37,199 nt of DNA, from the NCBI GenBank assembly GCA_030295235.1, contig AP026132.1, positions 1,302,001-1,339,199 on the forward strand. Direction: 5' to 3'. Position 1 is the stretch's first letter; each line of letters opens with the position of its first letter. The DNA is from Fistulifera solaris (taxonomy: Eukaryota). The notes under the pieces are model-generated. The model was not told the origin of the DNA and made no database searches. It saw nothing but the letters and a program-made list of their open reading frames with translations. A program made the position numbers and the translations under genes. Shown here piece after piece: positions 8,594-20,583 of this stretch.

Positions 8594-10690
8594 TTATGGG
8601 GCAGCAACTTGTTTCTCTGTTTGTCGCTGTAAATGTGCGGCACGCAAGGACCACGCAACAAGGCGGAATAATTGGTATCCAATGAATACCGTCCACACAG
8701 AACGGATGCCCACTCCAGCCACCCCTGCCAGTGCCGCCTTCTTGACGCGCAGCATGAGAAAGGGGACCACTACAAAGAAATTTGCGTACATTTTCCCGAG
8801 AAACGCTAAGTCCTTTCGACCCAGTAAAACGCCTTCCATAGCGCACACAATTCCGTGCGAGGCAAAGAAAAGTAACAGAAGCGGCGCTACGGCGTTTACC
8901 AAAGAAATGACTTGCAAGTCTGTTGTGAAAAACCGCGAAAGAAGGGGAACACAACTAACGGCTGACATCATGACTGCGCCGAAAATGCCACCAGCCTTAG
9001 CAAAATTGAATGAAGCTCTTCTTAACGCTGCAGAACGCTCCGGAGAGGGCTTCTTTTCCATGATAGAAGGCAAGAAACTTTGCGCGGTCAAATTTAAAGA
9101 GTCCGCAATGGGGCACAAACAGTAGAACAAACTCACAATTATCTGCTGAGCTGCCATACTTAATGTTCCCATAGAGCTTGAGACAACGTGACTCATAGCA
9201 ACATATCCTGACACACGCCCAACCTGGGCAGTTGTCACAGGAACGACATATTCCGTAAAGTCTTGAATCGTTTGACGGGATGGTCCTTTCAAAAAATCTT
9301 TGATACTGAGTTTGTCGGCCAAAAAACCACGCACTGAAACATTCGATTCTCCCGTGGCCGCACTCGGTATGATTTTCGGTTGCTTCCCAGCGCTGAGAAC
9401 CTTGTTTTGTCCGTATCTGCTTTTCACCATACGCATAATAGATTCGCTAAGATTGATGGGTGGTGTCGTCACGCTTGGTTTATTGCAAAGCCAGTACAAG
9501 AACATTGTGACCGCAGCATACTGTGAGAAGACCGTTGCCCAAGCAGCGCCAGCAGCACCTCCGATCCATAAATTTGCGTTTCCTACGAACGTCATGTCTC
9601 CCAGGAAATTGACGACTGCGGCAACCCCGAGAACATATAGTGGGCTTCTGATGTCCTGCATTCCCAGACAAGCAGCTTGAGAGCTCCCGATAACTGCAGC
9701 TGCCGGCATACCGAGCGCTCGAATACGAACATACTTCATCGCGGCGTCAAAGACAGCCGGGCTGATACTATCATTGCCAATGATAGCTCGAAGCAAGTGC
9801 GGCGCGAACACAAACAGAACACCGCCCAAGCCTAGACCAACAATCCAAGCCAACTGTAAGACACCACGAAAAGTTGACGTTGTTTTCGGAGAGCCTTCCA
9901 CAGTAGCGTCAGTTTCTCGGGCAGCGGCAATCAAGTTGGTTGTTCCTGTGTACAGGAACGCGATAAGTAACGCCGTGTAGTCGGTAACGGCCACAGCTGG
10001 ATTCAATGCCGCCTGTTGTGCCGTCCCCGAAAGCAAGCCAACGCAACTGGTATCGATCATAGACAGCAAGGGACCGCATAACCACACGCCGATCGCTGGT
10101 ATAGCAAATTTCAATATTTTAGACACGGAGGGGGCAGGAACGGCAGGGGGCACGGTCTTGTCTTCCAACTCAGCCGTGTGCACCGCAAATTTGGCTTCAG
10201 CTTCAACAATGGCCTGCTCCGAAGCTGTCAATAAACTTCTCACACCTTCTGCAGTGTTCGCCTCTTCTATTGCAATGAGTTTGTCCTGATTATCTATGAC
10301 AAGGCCGACAATTTCACCGGGAAGGGGCGGTTTCGGTGACTCATGCTGCGGTCTACTAACATTCTCGTCAAAAGTCGTTTCAACAATTTCAGCATTCTCA
10401 TCCAATGACGATAGAAAAATAATTTTTCCAGTATCCGTTTCTAAATTTTTGGTAGCTAAAGTGGCAGTCGCTTCTGTTTCATCGATAGGAACGGAAAAGA
10501 CCGCACTTTCCTCGAGTTTGTCGTTGATGATAAGATCATCAAGAAGCTCTTCCGAATTCAGTATCTCATCCAACCCATACAAAAGCTTGTATTTATCTTT
10601 CACTAAGTTATTAGTCCTTTTCACAGTGCTCAGGCGAGGCGCAAAGGCATTAGCCGATAGAAAAAGAAGCGAATAACAATGAATTCGCAT
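8594..10690 (-). CDS. MATE-family transporter, DinF/EDS5(DTX46/47)-like, with a bipartite plastid targeting presequence
   Basis: 698-aa intact ORF. ILKFAIPAIGVWLCGPLLSMIDTSCVG...AALNPA, YVRIRALGMPA, ACLGMQDIRSPL and GAAGAAWAT are MATE motifs. The N-terminus MRIHCYSLLFLSANA-FAP is a signal peptide with an ASAFAP-like cleavage site. Confidence 0.9.
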   Translation of the reverse strand: MRIHCYSLLFLSANAFAPRLSTVKRTNNLVKDKYKLLYGLDEILNSEELLDDLIINDKLEESAVFSVPIDETEATATLATKNLETDTGKIIFLSSLDENAEIVETTFDENVSRPQHESPKPPLPGEIVGLVIDNQDKLIAIEEANTAEGVRSLLTASEQAIVEAEAKFAVHTAELEDKTVPPAVPAPSVSKILKFAIPAIGVWLCGPLLSMIDTSCVGLLSGTAQQAALNPAVAVTDYTALLIAFLYTGTTNLIAAARETDATVEGSPKTTSTFRGVLQLAWIVGLGLGGVLFVFAPHLLRAIIGNDSISPAVFDAAMKYVRIRALGMPAAAVIGSSQAACLGMQDIRSPLYVLGVAAVVNFLGDMTFVGNANLWIGGAAGAAWATVFSQYAAVTMFLYWLCNKPSVTTPPINLSESIMRMVKSRYGQNKVLSAGKQPKIIPSAATGESNVSVRGFLADKLSIKDFLKGPSRQTIQDFTEYVVPVTTAQVGRVSGYVAMSHVVSSSMGTLSMAAQQIIVSLFYCLCPIADSLNLTAQSFLPSIMEKKPSPERSAALRRASFNFAKAGGIFGAVMMSAVSCVPLLSRFFTTDLQVISLVNAVAPLLLLFFASHGIVCAMEGVLLGRKDLAFLGKMYANFFVVVPFLMLRVKKAALAGVAGVGIRSVWTVFIGYQLFRLVAWSLRAAHLQRQTEKQVAAP

Positions 10691-11638
10691 GATATTTGTA
10701 AAACCGTAATGACCGCTCCGCGCAAGTCTAGATTGAAGGAGAAAAAAAAGTGAGCCTAAAGCGCGTCACTAATCGAGCTGTAAACAGAAGACACACGCGA
10801 AGCTGATTGATCACTAAAACAAGTAGTCCTGCCTTGTCGAAGAAGTTCCGGAAAGAGAAGAAAGACCTCCGTACGATAAGCGACTGCCTTAGCGGGAGAA
10901 TGATCCTCTCGCCGCCTCGCTCTCCATCAAACGGCTCAAATAAGATTTTCAAATGAACACACCTATGATAAAGCAGCCTTTCGATGCGGTAAAGCCTTTC
11001 TCGTCGTTGTTATTATCGTCTCCAAAATCCAGCCGTTGAAAGACAATGGGCTTGGGTGAGTGAAAAGAACAAGGAGAGAGAAAAAAGAATAAAGAATAAT
11101 CCGTTCCCTACACAAACACGACACTCAAACCGGCCGCTGGCTTCAACTCCGCGTCCAAGACCAGAATAGTCGATAGAGTACTATCTTTTTACAGTCCATC
11201 AAAAAGTAGCTTTAAGCATCTGTCTGTCGGTCGGACAGATGGAGCTAAATGTTTCAAAAACGACTAAAGTGGGCTTCAGTCCCGCAACTTATCGAGTGAC
11301 TTGATTGATTTGTGATTGCTGCGCCATTTAGATTTAGATCGTGTTCGCCTAAGTGTAGGCGTGAAAAAGACCATAGACGATACACCTGTTTTTATGTGAA
11401 AGTAGGCACTCCTGCTTTTTTCATCGACGACTAGCTTGCTAAACAAGGAAGCAATAATACATGCTGTGCTATGAATCATCGAAATGGAGGCGCAACCTCA
11501 GCTTCATCCATAGGTAGAAACAGCCGTCGAAAGCAAACTACTCCAACGTGATTTGACATGAAGTAACTAACGGTGACTATACTTATTGAAATCTATTTTT
11601 CATTTCCCATGTGAATATGTTCAAAAATGTGAACTATT

Positions 11639-13211
11639 CTAGCTATCAGATCCGGATTCGACATCCTCTGTCTTGTCGTATTTGCCAGAAGTAGCGCCAT
11701 TCATTAATCGCAAACGCTGGTTCTCCAACTGTCGAATGCGTTCTTCAATTTCCTCTTTATGCTCTTTGAGCTCGGCCTGAAGCGTGTCGATTTCGTCCAA
11801 CGTAAATCGATACTCCGTGGTAGGGGGGCATGACGGGGACTCCCGGGTACATGTGACCGGGCTTGACATTGTAGTCGCCGTCAGAGTGCTTGTTGGCGGC
11901 ACGTTCCTCGGCAGTTCCAACATAGACTTCATCAAACTTGAAGTGGGCGAAACTTTTGTGAATCTTGGCAATAACCCACGATCCTGAGCAGAGACCAGTT
12001 GCCTCAAGCAACAAGCAGATGCGGAGCAGTACGTATGTCACGGGAGTCGACAAGAAGGCAAGAGGGAAGGCAGAAGCAGCCAACTGCCAAGTGATGGAGC
12101 CGACAATGGTCGTGATGATTGCCCCGAGCAAACCGGTGTTGAAGAACTCCTGCAACTGGTTCGAGACGCCAAAGATGTTCGTTTCTCCATCCTCCAATTT
12201 GACAGTGGTGACACGGGCGATGATGAAGAAGCAAAGGGTCACACACATCTGACGCCCCACCATGAACCCCGGCAAGTTGCGACCCGATCCCTTGAACAAC
12301 AAATCGCAAGTACGCTTGGCCCAGGGGCGGGAGGCGCGTTCTTCCGGAGTCATCTTGGCAACCGCAAAGAAAGCAATCTGCATACCCTCGAGCATACCGA
12401 CGATGCTCATGAACACAAAGAAGAGGACTACCGCAGCAAAGCTCGGAACACTTTCCCACATGGTCGTCTTTCCTTGGAACAGAGCCGACAGAGTCACAGC
12501 AAAGGCGAAGGCGAGAATCGCAACAGACATGGCTACACGGGCCCAGTGCAGCACAAAAGTCATTCCAGTGCGAGGGGGTTCAAACGACTCGGTAGGACTG
12601 CCAAGTAAACCGAGAATACTCTGAATCAAGTAGGAAGCATGCAACAATCCAGAGGCTTCGATTGCGTTGGCCACGTAGAGAGTGAAGGTCATGAAGTGGG
12701 TGTTGATGTAATCAAGCATGCAGCGCGAGGCGTTGACTTGAGCCGCGAGCTGACCAATCATGGCGGCCATAAAGAACATAGCCATACCCGAGTCGAGGAA
12801 GATCTTGTTGACGATGCTGGGAAGGCCAAGAACGTCAGCATTTTCAAGAGGACCTCCGCACATGTTCGTAGTGAAGACTAACGCCAATACCATGAACTGA
12901 CGACCCATAAGGTAACGGTTCAAGTTGTCTCCTTTATGAGCGATCTCACAAATCTGATGAGTGATAGGATGCGATTCCTTGTACAGCTCACGGTCAATCG
13001 GAGGAAGACCGACAAGGGAAGCTTGACCTCCTTCCACCATAGAAAGCCAGAGCAGAGCAACCCAAATCAAGACGAAGGCAAAGGCAGGATGGACATCGCT
13101 TGCTACCTTTGTGTTTTCACTGAAGATGAGAGCCATCACAATGATGGTTGAAAAAATTAAAAGAGCCAACGAGTAGGCATACTGAACGCCTTTCCAAACT
13201 GAGGTTCCCAT
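11639..13211 (-). CDS. SIT: Silicon (silicic acid) transporter, ~523 aa, one frameshift in the G6 run at 11823-11828
   Basis: It has all four GXQ motifs (EGGQ, MGRQ, EGMQ, VGRQ), the CMLD motif and about 10 hydrophobic segments. Removing one base from the G6 run joins ...PGVPVMP to PTTEYRFTLDEIDTLQAELKEHKEEIEERIRQLENQRL, a C-terminal coiled coil ending at 11639. Confidence 0.96.
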
Positions 13212-13951
13212 TTTTAAGTTGTGTTGTATTTATCAAACGTTTATGTCGTCCTTGCTGGACTGATGAGATGAAAGATTTGTGAGAGCAAACAAATGCCATG
13301 CTACTAATTTTCGTCGACGAGGCCAACGAGGAAAGAGTCGCTGAAAATTTTGGAGAGAATTGAGGTGCAAGATTGACGGGCGATCCTTTTTGTATCATTG
13401 AGGCGTTACAGCATTTAGTTTGATAAGCAAGAGACGGTATGGAAGTTATAATTGCCGTTAACGAATGACGACGGCGAAAAAAGTGGCTGGGGTCGAATAA
13501 CGCTTCTCGGAAAAACAAAACATTCAAGAGAACTATCTTCAGTACCGACAGTTGCCGTTGAGGTAGTTGAACGTACACATCAAGGCGTCTCTACGGTTTC
13601 GATAACGTTATTTATTTAGCGAGTAAGATTTATCGCAAGAAATAATTTACTTTTCGCGCCACGTACTTGTCTCATCTTGCCACGTAGTTCGTGTCGTACA
13701 GGTATGTAGAAGGTTGTTTCGGGTTTCGGCACCTTCATCAATACGAATGCCGAGCTAGACCTCTAAACCCTCTAGCTACTAGCTACAGAAGACGTCTAAC
13801 TTTTCCTCTCTCCTTGATAATGTGCAACTAATGACAAGCTTGCTGTTCAAAGCATGAACGCTGAAAAACACTGTTCAAGTTACAACAAGACAGTGACAGG
13901 CGAACACTTTTTAACCAGAACAGAAAGTAAACATATCTCCGACTACAGGCT

Positions 13952-15019
13952 CTATTCAACAGAATCAAGGATAGCCACAAGAAGCTTTTCATAATTTCCT
14001 CCGGTTTCGCCTTTGATACGTTCTTTCAGATCTTTCGAATACTCTTCGGCATGAGCAATCATTACCTCTTTCAAGATACCGGAGTATCGAATCAAAGTCG
14101 CTGTGAGAAGTAGCTCGTTGCTCCCCAACCCTTTACAAGCCCGATGGAGCAAATCAGAAACCTGTTTGATAGGGTTAAGTTTCATACCAAGCATGAACAT
14201 GGCGGCATCACGGACATGGCCACCCAGTTCCTTTTCAAGTGCCTTGGTCAAACTGTAACCATGCTTTTGGGCGTAAGCTCTGTCTAACTTTTTGACATAC
14301 TCGGGCGGAGACGCGCATAGAATCTTGAACAGACCTTTCTCGTTTGTACCCCAGCTTCCAATGCCGAATTCATGCAAAGCTTCGATGTCTTCCTTAACTT
14401 TCTCGTCGTTGTGAAAGTCTATGTCATATTCTTGCTGGGAGGCCTGCATAACATTGAAGACCAACGCCTCCAAATTTCCACCGAGCTCTCTGTCTAGGAC
14501 TCTTCCAAGATCCTTTGTTTCTGCGTCAAAGAACTTTTTCTTTAGAAGTTCCATCTCCCTGTTCGTCCTTCCACAAATGATCGTAAATAGCAAAAGCTCG
14601 TTCGTTCCGGCGCCATCGCATGCTTTCTCAACAAGCATGCAATCCGCACTCAATGGGTCTACCGCAAGAAGCTGCAAAGCAAAGCCAAAATCACGATTTC
14701 CGCACTCCGATTTCATGACAGCTCTGAGTTCTTTGCCGAACAATTCTTTGTATCGAATAGGAACCTTACAGCGCGTCGACGGAGACATGCTTCCCATGAC
14801 TTTCAACAGACGACTAATCAGTAAAGTATAAGCAATTCGATTGAAAGGGAGATGAATAAAGTGGCGTAGATATTCTTCCTTCGAAACTTACTCTTCCGCC
14901 GTGCCGAATCCTTTGCAGGCCGCGTGAATCTCTTGGCAAATGTCATCGACTTCAGCGCCGAATGCGTCCGGTGATAGATCCCCTTCGAGAATTATTTCCG
15001 GATAGAACTCAATACTCAT
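13952..15019 (-). CDS. Annexin, 329 aa, two exons (14892-15019, 13952-14813)
   Basis: Four annexin repeats with KGFGTAED, DGAGTNE, GSWGTNE and KGLGSNE loops and downstream E-x-GG motifs. A GT-AG intron at 14814-14891 restores the frame (990 nt total). Confidence 0.93.
14814..14891 (-). other. Spliceosomal intron (78 bp) in annexin
   Basis: GTAAGT donor and TTAG acceptor; a phase-2 join gives GTAED-RLLKVMG. Confidence 0.85.
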
Positions 15020-15656
15020 TTCTTCTCTTGTCTTAAAAAAACGAAGTGGAAAAGATGGCGCAGTCGACAAGATACGCGATACGCAACAAGATACAACAAA
15101 GAGTTCTTAGCGCGAAATAAGATATTGCACTCGAAATACAAGTAATAATAAGCTGGCGTTGCGTTTGGATTTTGTTCTGTACAAAAGTGCTCGTATCTCG
15201 TATCGGTACTAAATAAAGCATAGAACGCGACCACACGACCGGCGTTCTACAGCAAAACATCAACTCCGAACTCCGACTCGGACGTCGCGCGTCGCGCATT
15301 AAAGGCTTATGGACTATAGAAGTAAATAGTGGAATTCCGACGTCCATGCTCTCTTGCTTTTTTGGGTGGAAATTTTGTTGCAACAACAATGAACATCTCG
15401 CGACTGAGAGACCAATATCAAGCAAAAAGGATCTCGGAATCACCTAGAGAAAGCTTCTGATCAACTGACACAATTTTCCTCCATTTGTGTAGAACGCGCT
15501 TAAATGAACGAAGGTCGACTGTAAGTGACAGGAGCTGTTTTTTGCCTCGAGGAACTTTTGTTTACGATCGACGAGGACTCGCGCGACCAGTTTCGTCACT
15601 TTATTGCTCGGAATACTCACCGCAATTCCTTTAATTGCTTTACACTGGATAGTATT

Positions 15657-16523
15657 ATGAAAATCAATTCCAACGCGGTGCAGTTTGCTTCAATTGACAT
15701 GTCGACGACTACCGACCATGATGATGTCCGATCTACAAGAAAGTTCATTTCCGAAAACCATTATGGACCGCGTTCAGGAAAGGTCCCGTTGTGCACGACC
15801 GATCGCGTGCGCTGTCGTCATCATGACGTCACTGCTAGATTGACACGCTCGGATGACGGACAGAATTTGCACCACGAACCTTACCTCTCCACCACACAAA
15901 GCAGATGGCCAGTTGTCACGGAACATTATACGACTTATGATTCCTCCAGCGACCTTCGAGCGAAAGCATTCGAATCTTCTACTCTCTTGGCGACTCCAAT
16001 TCCAAGCGACTTAGTCCCACAGAATAGCCCACTCAGAGGAGTCGTCTTCACAGGAGATTCTCGTTGTGCTCGCAAACCTCAAAAACTGCTTGACAGTCAT
16101 CCTCCACCATCACAATTTTTTCAAAACCACCACCAATCAAAAGCAAACATGGCCATGATGAGTCCTTCCTCGTCAACACCAAGGAGTCGTTCCATCAAAA
16201 TAGCAAGGACCAAGCGGTCTGAACCAGACTTCGAGGCCGATCTAATCGACAGAAACAAATCTCTGTATGACTCGGCAACTTGGAGGATGTACAACCGAAT
16301 CACTGAATATCGTCGGCAACATCCCATTAATTACGATGACATGGATGTAGGCTCTACAGGAAGCAGCAGCATTCACAGCAAGTCACCGATGTTCCTTCCT
16401 CGCAAAGAGACATCGACTCTTTACGGTTCACGGGCATTGAATCGAGTTCTGATGTCAGTTGGTCCGGTGACTTCACGAGAGCAACACAAGTTGGACGGGG
16501 AAGTTTTTGATATGGATCTTTGA
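15657..16523 (+). CDS. Hypothetical protein with a YDxATWRMYxRI motif and an acidic-aromatic C-terminus (diatom-type family); start uncertain (15657 or 16149)
   Basis: The frame is open for at least 288 codons. It contains YDSATWRMYNRITEYRR and terminal GEVFDMDL in otherwise low-complexity S/P-rich sequence. The ATG at 16149 has a good aaacATGg context. Confidence 0.65.
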   Translation: MKINSNAVQFASIDMSTTTDHDDVRSTRKFISENHYGPRSGKVPLCTTDRVRCRHHDVTARLTRSDDGQNLHHEPYLSTTQSRWPVVTEHYTTYDSSSDLRAKAFESSTLLATPIPSDLVPQNSPLRGVVFTGDSRCARKPQKLLDSHPPPSQFFQNHHQSKANMAMMSPSSSTPRSRSIKIARTKRSEPDFEADLIDRNKSLYDSATWRMYNRITEYRRQHPINYDDMDVGSTGSSSIHSKSPMFLPRKETSTLYGSRALNRVLMSVGPVTSREQHKLDGEVFDMDL

Positions 16524-16958
16524 TTCGTCTAGAGAAACTGAGATTACAAGCTACTGTTTGCTGAAAAATGGCAAACAAACCAATGCATCGCGCGCTTTAC
16601 TTACATCATTCCTCTCTTAGCAACACGCTTCGCGCTTTAGCGTATTTACGTATTCATTGCATGAAAGCAATCAAGCTATTACGATAGACTAATTTCATAA
16701 AACGGCATAGACGATAGGCATGTTTAGTGTAGACATTTTCTCTTCAAGAAATCATGAGCTTACTTTCTTGACGTATCGTCATCCGAAACTAGGTTAGTGT
16801 AAAGTATTCGGATGATTGCGCGAGGCAACGAAGCGAGATTCGCATACATTGTCCTGTAAGTGCAATGCGAGGCCATTGACATTGAAAGCTGCTCTTTTCT
16901 CAAGCTCCTAGCCATTCGGGAGTCGGGAGTTGGCTTCCTTTCGAATCTTCGACCTTGA

Positions 16959-16996
16959 CTCGTGGCTCGTGGCTCGTGCCTCGTGCCTCGTGCCTC
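16959..16996. repeat. 7-bp tandem repeat (CTCGTGS)x5
   Basis: CTCGTGG CTCGTGG CTCGTGC CTCGTGC CTCGTGC CTC. Confidence 0.85.
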
Positions 16997-19298
16997 TGCA
17001 AGCATAGCGCATGCGAGTTTGGAAGAGTACCTGGTACAAGAAGTAAACGGTTCCTTTTTTCATAGACCTAGCTACTTATCGGCGGATGACCGTTTGCCGT
17101 ATGCCCTCCGCCGACAGTTTCTTCCACATTACAGAAAGAATCTACTACGTCGCACGTCGCCTTTTAAAGACTATATGTTTCACCGTCGCCCCTAATCGGC
17201 CGACAGCCGACAGCCACCCATTTCCACATCACGCGCGAGCTAAGAAATCCGACCGTTGAAGTTTCTCAGCTGCCTTTGCTTCATGACTACTTAAATTTAG
17301 TCGGAGTCGAAATGTCAGTTGACTGACGTAGAGCAACTTTGGAGTAAGCCGTTTTGGGTGCTCCGAAATTTTTCGAATTCTACGTAGTCTAAAACATGAC
17401 GGAGTATTTGCGTCGGAGTACAGTATTCCAGCTTATACACTTCACACACTTTTCACTTTCATATTATACTGTACACTCCACCTCTTGCTGACGTAGCCAG
17501 CGATGTCAAACGTCAACTTTCGTCAAGTTTGAGAAGTCCTTGCTAAGGTTATGAGGGTCCCATGTCGCTTTAGCATGTCGCATATCTTCCAACATCGTGA
17601 CCGTGACTACTGGTTAAAGTTTCAACAAATTTTGTTGAGCTTTTCTTTCAATCTGGTTGTCATTCTATAGAATAACAAAACAAGCATCTTTGGGTAATTT
17701 GCTCTTGAAAGTTATCAAATGAATAGATCAAGCTACTTTTAGTCTCGAATCTGGCCGCCGAGCCTCTAGACCATGATCATTGCAACTTGCTCGACTTTTA
17801 AAATTGTCACTTATCACGTGTCATTTCAGATCATATTTGCTACTTTCTAATCCGTTTAAAGCGAAGGGAAGCTTCGGCTCTATTTTTAGCACTCACTCGG
17901 AAGAAGCCACGGAGTTGCTGGTTGGACAAGCCAGTACTCCTTGTTTTGCACCTTTGTGTTTTACTTTTTTTTAAGTTCCGTTTGTAGGTTCGACATTTTG
18001 TAAGCGACGACGAGAGTAGTGATGGACCGGTGGAACATAAGCGCGAATGCAGATCGTGCAAGAATTTTTCGTTTACTTTCGGCTCTTCTACTGCAAGTGA
18101 GACGGACCACAATGAATAAGTTCTTGCAGCACATCGCAGCTTTATCTGGGTTGCCAGGTATCTGTATCATAAATCATTGTTCTTCTTGTGAGGAGTGGAC
18201 TGGTATCCCGTTCAAAATAACTCATCAACCCATAGCAAGCACGCAAGTAAATGCGTTGCCGGCAAACTAATCTCAGAGGAGTCGTCCATTTTTTGGTTTA
18301 ACTTCAGGTCTGACCATCCATTCGGTGCAAACTCTGTGGATCCTGGCGTCTCATAAAAGACCACATTCTTGCAGCGTCCATTGCAACACGGTCACGTTGA
18401 TAATAATCAGTATCGGCAACAACGTAATAGGATCTACAGATGCATACATACATATCACTTGTAAAAAATCGATCAAAAGGGTTTCACTTCGCAACGAAAG
18501 AACAATTTTCAGCTCTTCTACGCCCCCGAATTGTGGCATAAGATGTTGCCGAAGGTAAACATATTTCGCGCACGAGAATGCCTGAATGCATTGTATATTG
18601 TTCATCATATGGACCATTGCCTCTTCATATCGATGACCTGCTCCTTTAATTTGAGAAAACAAATGAAATTCAACGAATGCCATACCAGTAAAGAAAAGAA
18701 TTTTGAAAAAATGAGCTGCGTGCGTTGAACTTGAGATCGAGTCTTTTAAGGTGATCGGAGCGGTACTCAATACGGCATTCGGCTACTAGATTCTCGAAAA
18801 GAGTGAGAATGAATCCAGCTTTTTTGAGCTCCCAACTCCCTAAGACCCTAAGTCAAGTGTCTAAACGCTGTATTGATATCGTCAAAATCTTAGACATATC
18901 CAAAGGAATGTCGACTATCGCACCGTCGATAGGGAACGCTGCAATTACTCACATTTTATCAAATCTACAACCCATTCGAGGAAATCGAAATTAAGTTGAA
19001 ACCCGTATGGATGCCGAAGAGCTTTTTGTTGCCAGAGAGCTTTTTACTATTAAAAGACTCTTGTAAGACATAAAGAAGAAATAGAACTTGCTTTCCATCA
19101 AGCGCGTAAGTCGTATTCAGATAGCTGCAACCTGCGACGTCGCACACTGCACTCAGCAGGGATTCCACAAACGATGCAATTCTGCGATCCGAGACTTTAG
19201 ACTCTCTCTTTGAGCTACACTGGCAGGCTTTTGCTCGATCGTTTCTGTACCCCTCCATTTTCCTTCACAAGCTACAAAATGAAAGCATAGTCAAACCT

Positions 19299-20129
19299 TC
19301 AACGCCTTTTGCAGCTGCGACCATAACGCCACTTTAATGAAGACGACTTCTTCGATCGGTAGTTGTATGCTCTATAGACGCAGCAGTCCCTTAGTCTTAA
19401 CAATTCGGCCCAGTTCGCCGCACTGAGCGAGCTTTCGTCGAACAAAGAGTTACTCAAACTCAGTTCCGCTAGGAGGTTGCCAAAATCCATATTATTGCAG
19501 GACGAAGATCGTCTACGTGTGCTTTTTCCAACGGGTAAATTGTGAGACGGTTCCATGACTTCAATATCATCCACAGTGTGTGCGGCATAGTCTGCCACTA
19601 CTTGTGCTGCCCTTTGCGCCTTCCCTACGGCATTCGCTGAAACACTCTTGTACAAATCCGCAAGCAGAATCGAGTTGCGTTTTCTCAGCTGTTGCTGTAA
19701 CTCCTGTTCATTCAACACGACGTCCCAAGCCGCTACCCGGCTAATGGCTCTTAGCTTCCTTTCCTCTGCAACAAGATGCGTGATACCAAGGGTTGTGTGC
19801 AAGGCATCGCTCGCTCTACGGCCTTGTTCCAGTTGTTTTACGGACTGGCGAACCTCTCGTTTATATTTGTCGTAATCAGCTTTCTGAGACGTGGAGGTTG
19901 CATTTTGCAAACGGAGACACGTATCCGCGGAAAAAGGTTCAGAATAAAAAAACGTCAACAACGAACAACTCTTTGATACAGTAAATTGACTTGCTCACCT
20001 CGCTCCAAGTTGCCTTCTTTTCTTCGACGGGTACATACTGCGACGGGGAACGACTCTGTAAACCTCAGCAAATTCGTGGAATGAAATGCCTTTCTTGTTC
20101 CATTTCGCAGCGTGCTCATTTCGTTTCAT
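19299..20129 (-). CDS. Hypothetical diatom-type protein, two exons (19999-20129, 19299-19883), one frameshift in exon 1
   Basis: MKRNEHAAKWNKKGISFHEFAEVYRVVP/SQYVPVEEKKATWSE, then a GTGAGC...TCAG intron (19884-19998), then KADYDKYKREVRQSV...LGITHL...VVLNEQELQ...LADLYKSVS...A. Exon 1 is 131 nt, one base short of frame. Confidence 0.6.
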
Positions 20130-20583
20130 GGCGCGGAAAATCTTTACGAAACAACTCGATGGCAACGGAATGAAAGGAGTGCCAGCGACAAAGAACTTTG
20201 GGCTCTTACGCTCAACAGGAAGAATAAGAATTGTTAAAAGCAGAAGTTGTTATTAGGCTGCGACGAGATGGGCATGGTCAACTTGTAAAGAAGGGATGCG
20301 ATAATAGGGTTTTCAGAAGATTTTTTCAAACCGCGCGGGGCGCGGGGCGCGGGCAATAAGAACCGCTAGAAAAATGAACGGGTACAAAATTGCTCCCATT
20401 CAGGAACCGCTACGACTGCCTCGTAGAGGTTTTGCATGCAAAATAAGCCTCGTGCAAAAGTGGTGTTATTTTTAGTCCGTGAGTGAAGCTAAGTCATTAC
20501 TATCGTTCTCGGGAAAAATTAGCATGCTATTTTTATTTTTTCTAAAAAAAGATTGGTTCCTTTACTACAACCGTTATAAAAAG

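Noticed and set aside
17780..19258. Possible decayed gene (several short ORFs on both strands)
   Set aside because: There are multiple stops and no recognisable motif, so I cannot support a call without a translated search.
20332..20353. (GCGCGGGG)-like repeat as a G-quadruplex
   Set aside because: It has only three G-tracts; this is a simple 7-bp repeat of unknown significance.
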